64,000 bases of DNA. Origin: a candidate division CPR2 bacterium GW2011_GWC2_39_35. Its GTDB lineage: Bacteria; Patescibacteriota; CPR2. Position 1 is the first letter of the stretch; each line of letters starts with the position of its first letter. This document shows, in pieces, positions 49,440 through 57,257 of this stretch. The stretch lies in contig LBWX01000003.1 of the NCBI GenBank assembly GCA_000995065.1, positions 22,304-86,303 of the forward strand, read 5' to 3'. The translations under genes and the position numbers were made by a program. The notes under the pieces are model-generated. The model did no database searches and was not told where the DNA came from. It saw only the letters and a program-made list of their open reading frames with translations.

Positions 49440-49682
49440 CTAGAATAACCCCTTATGGGGTAGATAGATCCAACTTGCAACAAAAATTGCTAACAAAGCA
49501 GCCGCAATATATAAAACTGGCACAATTGCCCTCTCGACGATCTGTAATTCCTCAGCAGCGATAGCAACAACTTCTTCCTTATCACTGCTAAAAAACTGCA
49601 ACATCCAGGAAATGATACCTGATAATGGCGTCATTTGTGTTTCTCGGACTACAATTCCTCCCCGTTTTTTTGGTATTTCCAA
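49440..49682 (-). CDS. hypothetical small protein with a C-terminal TM (80 aa; the start is uncertain)
   Basis: Preceded by the AACTATTGACA motif at 49700-49712. Confidence 0.35.
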   Translation of the reverse strand: MEIPKKRGGIVVRETQMTPLSGIISWMLQFFSSDKEEVVAIAAEELQIVERAIVPVLYIAAALLAIFVASWIYLPHKGLF

Positions 49683-49811
49683 TCTAGTTCCGCCTTTCTG
49701 TCAATAGTTCTAACATTTTTTCTTGCAACAAATAACTATACAACAAAAACTCCAAAAAGTCCATATTTTTTGCTGGAACCATGTGCACTTTTTTAAAACC
49801 CCCCAGTAATT

Positions 49812-49889
49812 GTCATTGCGAGCGACTGGAAGGAGCGCGGCAATCTTGTCTTTAAACCGATTAGATTGCTTCATTTCATTCGCAATGAC
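49812..49889. repeat. GTCATTGCGAG palindromic repeat element, copy B (78 bp)
   Basis: GTCATTGCGAG (49812-49822) ... TTCGCAATGAC (49879-49889) with an inner GCAATCT/AGATTGC stem; homologous to 4191-4272 and the half-copy at 1571-1582. Confidence 0.6.
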
Positions 49890-49967
49890 ACCTACACAAA
49901 CGTTTTTAGGAAAAGTGCACGTGGGTCAGATTTTTTTTAAAAAGCATCTTGGCTTTAAAAAAGTCTT

Positions 49968-52043
49968 TTATCTCTTCTTTCCTAATATCTTCTTTTGAGT
50001 CTTACTTTCTTCTACCTGAGTTCTAAGGACTATAATTTGATCTCTTACAGCCGCCGCTTTTTCAAAATTAAGCTCCTTAGCATGAAATTTCATTTGCTTT
50101 TCGAGGTCAACAATTATTCTTTCTATCTCGTCTTTTGGCGCTCTTATAATATCCAGATTATGAATCGACTCTTTTTCTTCTTCAGCTCCTCTCATATTTT
50201 CTCTAATCCCCTTTTTAATAGTCTGAGGGGTGATGCCGTGCTTCTTATTATGTTCTTCTTGGATTTCTCTTCTTCTAGCTGTTTCCTTCATGGCCCGATC
50301 CATGGAACCGGTAATCTTATCGGCATACATTATTACCTTTCCCTCCTGATGACGTGCCGCCCGGCCGCAAGTCTGGATAAGAGAAGAAGCCGATCTTAAA
50401 AAACCTTCCTTGTCGGCGTCTATTATGACGACCAAGGAAACCTCGGGCAAATCCAAACCCTCTCTTAAAAGATTGATGCCCACCAAAACGTCATAGACTC
50501 CAAGCCGCAAGTCTCTTAAAATCTCCGGCCTCTCCAAAGTATCGATATCAGAATGCAAGTAAGCCACTTTTATACCGTGTTCTTGTAGATAATCCGCCAG
50601 ATCTTCAGCCATTCTCTTGGTAAGCGTGGTTACTAATATTCTTTGCTCTTTTTTAACTCTCGCACGAATTTCGCTCATCAAATTATCAATCTGATTTTTA
50701 GAAGGACGGATTTCCACAATCGGATCTAAGAGTCCGGTAGGCCGGATAATCTGACTAGCAATGCCTTCAAACTTATGGCCTTCCTCAACTTTTTCGTAAT
50801 ATTCCAGCACGGTAGAAAACTTCTCCGGCGACTGATTGCTCTTAACCATTTCGGCATCCTGGGGTGTCGCCGAAACATATATCGCCTGATTAATTATTTG
50901 ATCAAACTCAATAAATCTTAACGGTCTATTATCCTTAGCCGAAGGAAGCCTAAATCCATGCTCCACCAAAGTTGATTTTCTGGCCTGGTCGCCATTGTAC
51001 ATACCCCGAATCTGCGGCAAAGTAATATGGGATTCGTCAACAAACATCAAATAATCTTTAGGAAAGTAATCTATAAGGGTGATTGGCGGACTACCCGGCT
51101 CCCGTCCGCTTAAGTATCTGGAATAGTTTTCGATACCGCTGCAATAACCGGTTTCGAGCATCATCTCGATATCATGATTTGTCCTCGCTTTAATTCGGTG
51201 CGCCTCCAACTCTTTTCCTTCTTTTTTTAACTCCCTTACCCTCTCTTCCAACTCGGCCTGAATGTCCCCAATGACACTCAAAATCTTTTCTCTTGTAGTC
51301 ACAAAGTGCTTAGCCGGGAAAACCATAATATCCGTAAAAGTTTTTATTATCTGACCGGTAAGAGCCTCAATCAGTTTTATAGATTCGATTTCGTTTCCAA
51401 AGAATTCTAGCCGAAGCACAAAATCCTCATAAGGCGGGTAGATATCCACAATATCGCCCTTTACCCTCAGCCGCCCTCTTATAAGCTCCGTATCGTTTCT
51501 TTCGTATTGGATGTTTATAAGCTGACGCAAAAGTTCACTTCTTCTTATCTGCTGGCCTTTTTTGAGTCTCAAGGTCTGGCCCATATAATCTTGGGGCGAA
51601 CCGATTCCGTAAATGCAAGAAACCGAAGCCACAATTATGGTGTCGCGCCTGGATAAAATAGATGAGGTTGCTCCGTGCCGCAAACGATCGATCTCATCGT
51701 TTATGGAAGTTTCTTTTTCGATATAGGTATCGGTCCGAGGGATGTAAGCCTCGGGCTGGTAATAGTCATAATAAGAAACAAAGTACTTGACCGAATTTTG
51801 AGGAAATAGCTCCTTAAATTCTAGATAAAGCTGAGCAGCTAAGGTTTTGTTATGAGAGATCACCAAAGCCGGCCGGTTTGACTCCTCTATAACATTCGCC
51901 ATTGTTAGAGTCTTGCCGGATCCTGTAACGCCAAGTAGTGTCTGATCCCGATAGCCTCTCTTGAGCCCATCTAAAAGCTTAGCGATAGCCTCCGGCTGAT
52001 CCCCCTTAGGCTTATATTCACTTGTAAGTTTAAAACTATTCAT
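49968..52043 (-). CDS. uvrB: excinuclease ABC subunit B
   Basis: 691 aa; helicase motifs (GVTGSGKT), beta-hairpin region, C-terminal UVR domain. Confidence 0.97.
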   Translation of the reverse strand: MNSFKLTSEYKPKGDQPEAIAKLLDGLKRGYRDQTLLGVTGSGKTLTMANVIEESNRPALVISHNKTLAAQLYLEFKELFPQNSVKYFVSYYDYYQPEAYIPRTDTYIEKETSINDEIDRLRHGATSSILSRRDTIIVASVSCIYGIGSPQDYMGQTLRLKKGQQIRRSELLRQLINIQYERNDTELIRGRLRVKGDIVDIYPPYEDFVLRLEFFGNEIESIKLIEALTGQIIKTFTDIMVFPAKHFVTTREKILSVIGDIQAELEERVRELKKEGKELEAHRIKARTNHDIEMMLETGYCSGIENYSRYLSGREPGSPPITLIDYFPKDYLMFVDESHITLPQIRGMYNGDQARKSTLVEHGFRLPSAKDNRPLRFIEFDQIINQAIYVSATPQDAEMVKSNQSPEKFSTVLEYYEKVEEGHKFEGIASQIIRPTGLLDPIVEIRPSKNQIDNLMSEIRARVKKEQRILVTTLTKRMAEDLADYLQEHGIKVAYLHSDIDTLERPEILRDLRLGVYDVLVGINLLREGLDLPEVSLVVIIDADKEGFLRSASSLIQTCGRAARHQEGKVIMYADKITGSMDRAMKETARRREIQEEHNKKHGITPQTIKKGIRENMRGAEEEKESIHNLDIIRAPKDEIERIIVDLEKQMKFHAKELNFEKAAAVRDQIIVLRTQVEESKTQKKILGKKR

Positions 52044-52097
52044 GACTAGATATTATAGAGGAAAGTTAAAGTTTAGGGAAGAGTTTAGATTTTTAAA

Positions 52098-52160
52098 AAG
52101 AGAAAGAGCAGGGTTGTCGCATCACACTGGAAATAATTGTGTGAGGCAACTCGCCTGCTC
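52098..52160 (-). terminator. intrinsic terminator after the 136-aa gene
   Basis: AAGAGCAGG...CCTGCTCTT outer 9-bp stem with an inner CACAC/GTGTG stem, then TTCTCTTTTTAAAAA on the minus strand. Confidence 0.55.
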
Positions 52161-52174
52161 TTTGCCCATGAAAC

Positions 52175-52585
52175 TTATGATTCTTTTCTGCCGCGTGTAT
52201 TAAACACAAGAATTCGCTCAACCGAAGTTGTTTCAAATTTCGTTCCATCGACATTCCCAGTTTGATACGCTCTCATATGATGCCCGACTTCGATTTTATC
52301 AATTATCATTGACCCGAAGTCCTTAAATGGATCAATCTTCACAACCCTGAATTGTAGCCCTTGCAGGATCGCTTCCTGCTCCAGATAGTATTTGCTGCCA
52401 CTTTTAGTTTCTACAATGACATGATAACTGGACAGGCATTGGTTCGTACTGATAGCATCAGCAATCCGTAGATCATACGATGCAAACAAGTTGAGCACGC
52501 TTTCCACTTCTGTGGTTCTGTTATTAGACGCATCCATCGCAATCGATCTCCTCTCGGTCTTAAAAGCTTTAAGCTTCATGAACAA
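52175..52585 (-). CDS. hypothetical protein (136 aa)
   Basis: ORF with a strong upstream promoter; no family recognised. Confidence 0.5.
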   Translation of the reverse strand: MFMKLKAFKTERRSIAMDASNNRTTEVESVLNLFASYDLRIADAISTNQCLSSYHVIVETKSGSKYYLEQEAILQGLQFRVVKIDPFKDFGSMIIDKIEVGHHMRAYQTGNVDGTKFETTSVERILVFNTRGRKES

Positions 52586-52599
52586 TTTGTCAAACGTAA

Positions 52600-52646
52600 C
52601 GTATTGTTACATTATCCCTTATACCACATTTTTTTCATTTTGTCAA
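52600..52646 (-). promoter_or_regulatory. strong sigma70-like promoter TTGACA-17-TATAAG with an extended AAAAACTA upstream motif
   Basis: The minus strand reads AAAAACTATTGACAAAATGAAAAAAATGTGGTATAAGG, about 35 nt before the ATG of the 136-aa gene. Confidence 0.6.
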
Positions 52647-53262
52647 TAGTTTTTGAGAAAATCGCTTTTTCCTTATATAATTCTGGCTTTGGAAAGGGGA
52701 ATATTTATTCTTAAATTATCGACAATTGGCCTATCTATCCACTAATAATCTACCACCGGCTCTCGAGCCGGTGGTATTTATATTGCCCGACGGGCTACCT
52801 TGGACCCAACATTTCGAAAGAATTGAGATGGACTTGTCGAAGTGAACATCTCAAAAACAGCTGTTTAAGGAAGTCCTCTGACGAGTTCTGCTTTTTGAGA
52901 GTGAACGAGACTTAGTCCTAATCCAATTCTGAAGATCGTTGGGCAGTTTTACTCCACTTTTGCTGTTAAAAGTGGAAAAGAAAATAACTTTAGAAGTTTA
53001 TATATAATTTAAATATCCTTTAAACAAACGAGCTTAAAACAAATTTTACTAGCTTCGCTTTAAACGTACACACCAGCTAACGCTGGTGGTTTATAGCTTG
53101 TAACAGAAAAGACCTCGTTGCCGAGGCCTCTTTTAATTTTGAGTTTAAACTTGCACTTTTGATTTTTGAACTTTGAATTACTATACGGTAGTTCTCCACC
53201 CCCGATGGACATCGGGGAGTCGAACAATATCACCCATTAGCCTATTCGCCAATTAGCCAACC

Positions 53263-53451
53263 TTACTCTTCTACCTCAATGGCGCCGGCGGGACAAGATT
53301 CCGCAATTTCATTAAGATCGCATGATTCACAATTACAGCTTTCTGCCTTTACATGACATTTATTATCATCTCGAAGCTCAAAAACTTCCTCGCAGGAATT
53401 TACACAAACCCCACACCCGATACATAAATTTTGATCTACAGTTACTTTCAT
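53263..53451 (-). CDS. 2x[4Fe-4S] ferredoxin
   Basis: 62 aa; CIGCGVCVNSC and CNCESC...C motifs. Confidence 0.85.
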   Translation of the reverse strand: MKVTVDQNLCIGCGVCVNSCEEVFELRDDNKCHVKAESCNCESCDLNEIAESCPAGAIEVEE

Positions 53452-53870
53452 TTTTCCTCCTTAAAAGATTGAATAACAATACCAACATTTTAAGCCAAGC
53501 TCAACCATTTTGCAAGCCTTCCTAAAAACAACTTCACCAAAAACACACCTGTAATTATCAATTAAGACTAGAAGTAAAAAGAGACATTTAAGAACGATGA
53601 TGTTTTCGATCTCTTTTATTTCACGATCGTGAGATAAAAGAGATCGCATTGTGACTAATAATTCCTCAAAGCTCTTCTGCAAAACCTTACTGGATAAACT
53701 TCCATGGGCTTAAGCCACATGGTATTAGCCGTTTCGATCCTGAACTCGTCCAAAATCCCTAGGATTTTGGACGCACTTTATCCCTAGGCTTGCACCAAAA
53801 TTATTGTGGATGAAGAATAAAACGTGATTTATGCCCTCAAGATTCCTCATTAAGCCGTTTCGCGGTTATT

Positions 53871-54320
53871 TTAAGATTCTGCACCTACTAGCACAAATCC
53901 AATCTTTGATGCAGATTCAACCGGAAGCTTGTTGGCTAGCCAATCATCCATGCCCCCTTGATGTACAAAAACCGATAATTTATTTTCTTTAAACAGATTT
54001 ATTGCCTCAGAAATATCATTGGTATCCTTACCGGTAACAATATAAGACCTGTCTTTGGGCAAATTTTCGATTACTTTTCTAAGATCATCGATATTATAAT
54101 TCATGGCATTCGGAATATGGCCACTCTTAAATGAAGATGAATCTCTAATATCTAAAATAATATATTCATTATTATTTTTCTCGACTATTTGATAGACCTG
54201 GTTTGAGGTTATTATTCCTTCGTGTTTTTCACCTGTCATTCTTTTAGCCAGAACGCCGCCCTGCCAGACCACCATAACAAGAACAACAAACCAACAAATC
54301 GGTACATATTTTTTTAACAT
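53871..54320 (-). CDS. rhodanese-like domain protein (membrane-anchored or secreted); the catalytic Cys is apparently absent
   Basis: 149 aa; N-terminal TM; rhodanese fold signature LDIRDSSSFKSGHIPNAMN, but the active-site loop reads YIVTGKDTND (no Cys). Confidence 0.6.
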   Translation of the reverse strand: MLKKYVPICWFVVLVMVVWQGGVLAKRMTGEKHEGIITSNQVYQIVEKNNNEYIILDIRDSSSFKSGHIPNAMNYNIDDLRKVIENLPKDRSYIVTGKDTNDISEAINLFKENKLSVFVHQGGMDDWLANKLPVESASKIGFVLVGAES

Positions 54321-55102
54321 TCTCCCTCCTTGCCATGAGTCGAATGGTGTGTGGCTCCGCCGTGTTTCAAATGGTTCATAGGCCCTTTCAAATTATCACC
54401 GGATTCCAGCAAATCCGGCCTCTTTTCTTTTGTTTTCTCTAAAGATTTTTCTTCTCGCCACTTTTCGATGTTTGCGTGATGTCCCGAGAGTAGCACTCCC
54501 GGCACTTTTTTTTCCATAAACTCCTCCGGACGCGTGTATTGAGGATATTCCAACAAACCATCTGTAAACGATTCTATTTCCGTCGCCTCCTCTTTTGTGA
54601 GAACACCGGGGATCAGTCTGAAAACAGCCTCAACAACTGCCATTGCCGCTACTTCGCCACCATTTAAAATAAAATCACCAATTGATAATTCTTCGTCCAC
54701 AAAATCTCTAATCCGCTCATCAAAACCTTCGTATCGCCCGCAAATAAACAAAACATTCTCGTATTTTGTAAGATCCTTGGCCTTAGGCTCATTAAAAACT
54801 TTGCCCTGAGGCGTAAGTAATACTATTCTACTCTTTGCCCGATCCCATTCTTTAGTTATTTCTCTAATAGCTCTTACAACAACTGGCGCCATCAAAACCA
54901 TACCTGTGCCGCCTCCATAAGGCGAATCGTCAACTTGTTTATGAGGGCCAATACCCCAATCTCTAAGACTATAAAGATGAACGCTAATTAAGCCTTGCTC
55001 TTTAGCGCGGTAAAGAATGCTCTCAGTTAAAAAACCGGAAAATATATCGGGAAATAATGTTAGGATGTGGAAATTAAGCATAAAATTAGAGAAATTAGAC
55101 AT
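54314..55102 (-). CDS. trmD: tRNA (guanine37-N1)-methyltransferase TrmD with a His-rich C-terminal tail
   Basis: HILTLFPDIF...GGGTGMVL...ICGRYEGFDERI SPOUT/TrmD motifs; the start may be the Met at 55081. Confidence 0.9.
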   Translation of the reverse strand: MSNFSNFMLNFHILTLFPDIFSGFLTESILYRAKEQGLISVHLYSLRDWGIGPHKQVDDSPYGGGTGMVLMAPVVVRAIREITKEWDRAKSRIVLLTPQGKVFNEPKAKDLTKYENVLFICGRYEGFDERIRDFVDEELSIGDFILNGGEVAAMAVVEAVFRLIPGVLTKEEATEIESFTDGLLEYPQYTRPEEFMEKKVPGVLLSGHHANIEKWREEKSLEKTKEKRPDLLESGDNLKGPMNHLKHGGATHHSTHGKEGEC

Positions 55103-55130
55103 TATTAAAAGCCCCTTTTGGGGCTTTTAA

Positions 55131-55466
55131 TTATAATTCAAGATCTTTTGCTAATTCTTGTACTTCGTCTTGTGCGGACTTTTCTTTTCTTTCTGGAGTT
55201 CTTTCTCCATCTTCTTTGCCTGGTTCAACAATCTTTAAGTTTAGTCTGGCATCATGTTTAGCACCTAGAACTCTAAGTAAAGTTCGAATTGATTTGGCGG
55301 TTTTACCGTCCTTACCAATAATCTTACCCATATCTTCCGGGGCAACGCTGAGTTCTAGCAAAACTCCCATTTCATCAATTGTCCGGTTGACTTCAACCTG
55401 TTCAGGATTGTCAACAATAGACTTTACGACAAATTCGACAAATTCCTTGTCAGCGATCTCTGCCAT
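55131..55466 (-). CDS. KH-domain RNA-binding protein (KhpA/YlqC-like)
   Basis: GKIIGKDGKTAKSIRTLLRV KH motif; lies between rpsP and trmD as in many bacteria. Confidence 0.8.
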   Translation of the reverse strand: MAEIADKEFVEFVVKSIVDNPEQVEVNRTIDEMGVLLELSVAPEDMGKIIGKDGKTAKSIRTLLRVLGAKHDARLNLKIVEPGKEDGERTPERKEKSAQDEVQELAKDLEL

Positions 55467-55544
55467 TTTTTCCTCCTTACCTTAACGGTTTACCAAGTAC
55501 CATGAAATGGCACGTGGTTGGCTATAATTTGTTAATAAAACTAA

Positions 55545-56024
55545 TTATTTAGCTTCTTTTGACTTTTCCTCAGCTTCTTCGGTCTTTTCTTCTTTCTCTT
55601 CCTCAGGAGCTTCGGTAGCTTCAGTCACTTCTTCGCTCGTTACCTCTTCGGCCTCCGCTGTTACTTCTTCAGTCTTGGTTTCAGGTACTTTTCCTGTTGC
55701 AGCCTCTTCGGCCTTAACTGGCTTCTCTTCTTTTACTTCTTTCTCTTCCTTTTCCTTAGGTTCAACTCTCTTAATTTCCACCCATTCCGGCATCTTAATT
55801 TTGTGACGCTCAAACAAAATAGCCAAAGAATTAGATGGTTGAGCACCCTTATCGAACCAGCTTTTTACTTTAGCTTCATCAACTTTGAACTCTTTGGAAT
55901 GCGGGTTGTACCAGCCAAGATATTCAATAACTTTTGCGGTAACGTGTCTTCTTGAATCTGCAACAACGATTCTCCAAGTAGCGTACCTTTTCTTCCCTGT
56001 ACGGGTTAATCTCATTCGGATCAA
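55545..56024 (-). CDS. rpsP: 30S ribosomal protein S16 with a long Glu/Lys-rich C-terminal extension
   Basis: MIRMRLTRTGKKRYATWRIVVADSRRHVTAKVIEYLGWYNP. Confidence 0.92.
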   Translation of the reverse strand: MIRMRLTRTGKKRYATWRIVVADSRRHVTAKVIEYLGWYNPHSKEFKVDEAKVKSWFDKGAQPSNSLAILFERHKIKMPEWVEIKRVEPKEKEEKEVKEEKPVKAEEAATGKVPETKTEEVTAEAEEVTSEEVTEATEAPEEEKEEKTEEAEEKSKEAK

Positions 56025-56101
56025 GATTTACTCCTTTTTTCTAAACTTTACTGCTTACTTATTATACATAAAATAACTAAAAAGTCAAATGTCATTCAAA
56101 T

Positions 56102-56182
56102 AAAAAAGAGGCTCTTTGTCGGACTAGAAGGATGGGTATTTGGGTATATACCCATCCTTCTAATCTTTTGAGCCTCTTATAC
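56102..56182 (-). terminator. strong intrinsic terminator after the 82-aa gene
   Basis: Nested perfect stems AAGAGGCTC/GAGCCTCTT and AGAAGGATGGGTAT/ATACCCATCCTTCT, then TTTTTTATTT on the minus strand. Confidence 0.75.
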
Positions 56183-56425
56183 TGCTACTGCTTCGTATAA
56201 ATGCCTGACCGTTGCTCGGGTTGGCACGCACTTTGAACTGATAAAATCAGTCACCTCACAAACCCCCCTGCAACGTTCTCCGGCATTTAAATAGGCTAGG
56301 AAGTGAAATGACATATTGGGATCAATAAGACCCTGCTCCACTCCCTTTCTCTGCTCAATACAGATAGTACATCTACAGATACGTACTATCGCACTATTCT
56401 TCATCAGCATCCCCCTCTTAGACAT
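56177..56425 (-). CDS. Cys-rich small protein (82 aa; CxC-x2-C...C-x3-C), translationally coupled to the upstream gene; GC-richer cassette
   Basis: TAATG overlap with the 182-aa ORF; RICRCTICIEQ...CRGVCE. Confidence 0.45.
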   Translation of the reverse strand: MSKRGMLMKNSAIVRICRCTICIEQRKGVEQGLIDPNMSFHFLAYLNAGERCRGVCEVTDFISSKCVPTRATVRHLYEAVAV

Positions 56426-56973
56426 TAACCGGAAGGCGTTGGAGCTGCATATACAGCACCCGCCGATCTAACCACTTTCCCCGCTCTTGCCGTAAATCTA
56501 ACACACGCTTCACCGCAAAGCAACGGAACAACGACCTGTGTTTGATTGAAGTTGATTATTTCCTCTTCAATCTCTTCTTTGCCAGTCGTATTCAATATCA
56601 GTGCCTGTAGTCTTAATGCTCTTATAAACCGTTCGGTCTCCTTGTGCCCATAGAGACCTTTTGATGCAACGAATGTCATCATGAGCATAGAAACCAAGAA
56701 TGTTAGATCGGGGCCAAAACGATCTAAGCTGACCGAATCGAATTCGAGCCTTCCATTCTTTCTCATTTGAAGCACTTGTGCTGGAGACAAGTACTCCATT
56801 GTGACCGGAGCGGAACTCCCGCTTGCCCGGTCGACCGTAATTTTGCCATCCTTGCCACGGGATACCTTAAACACATCAGCTTCTTCTTTATAGACTTGGA
56901 CAAGTTTTTCCCAGGTAAGAGGAAGACACCCTTTAGCCTGATTTTGCGAAGATTTCCTCTCTTCTTGCGCCAT
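56425..56973 (-). CDS. hypothetical protein (182 aa), GC-richer cassette
   Basis: AAAGGAGTTGTC SD before the ATG; no family recognised. Confidence 0.5.
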   Translation of the reverse strand: MAQEERKSSQNQAKGCLPLTWEKLVQVYKEEADVFKVSRGKDGKITVDRASGSSAPVTMEYLSPAQVLQMRKNGRLEFDSVSLDRFGPDLTFLVSMLMMTFVASKGLYGHKETERFIRALRLQALILNTTGKEEIEEEIINFNQTQVVVPLLCGEACVRFTARAGKVVRSAGAVYAAPTPSG

Positions 56974-57257
56974 GACAACTCCTTTTGTGTTTTTCGAATC
57001 TACAATTCTTGTTACCTTCTCTTGTTTTCTCCGTGGGCAGGACAGCGCTCTTGCTGCGACAAGACTGAATCTCTAACACCTCCTTTAGCATAAATATTTG
57101 ACTATACCCTTGGGCGGGCAGGACATGAGAATGCTGATTTATTATAAATTTAAGGAACTTTTCATAAACTGATATATTTAAAAACTGTACATGAAATTAT
57201 ACAAATAATTAGTGATTATGTCAATGTTTTGTTGGGTTTTACCCATAAATAGCCAGA

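Noticed and set aside
49810-49998. 62-aa plus-strand ORF
   Set aside because: It starts inside the GTCATTGCGAG repeat element, overlaps the 3' end of uvrB on the other strand, and has no RBS.
52600-53262. tmRNA or SRP RNA in the non-coding stretches
   Set aside because: No GGGGCUGAUUCUGGAUUCGAC-like 5' end, tRNA-like 3' end with a T-arm, or SRP domain IV GGAA tetraloop helix could be matched on either strand.
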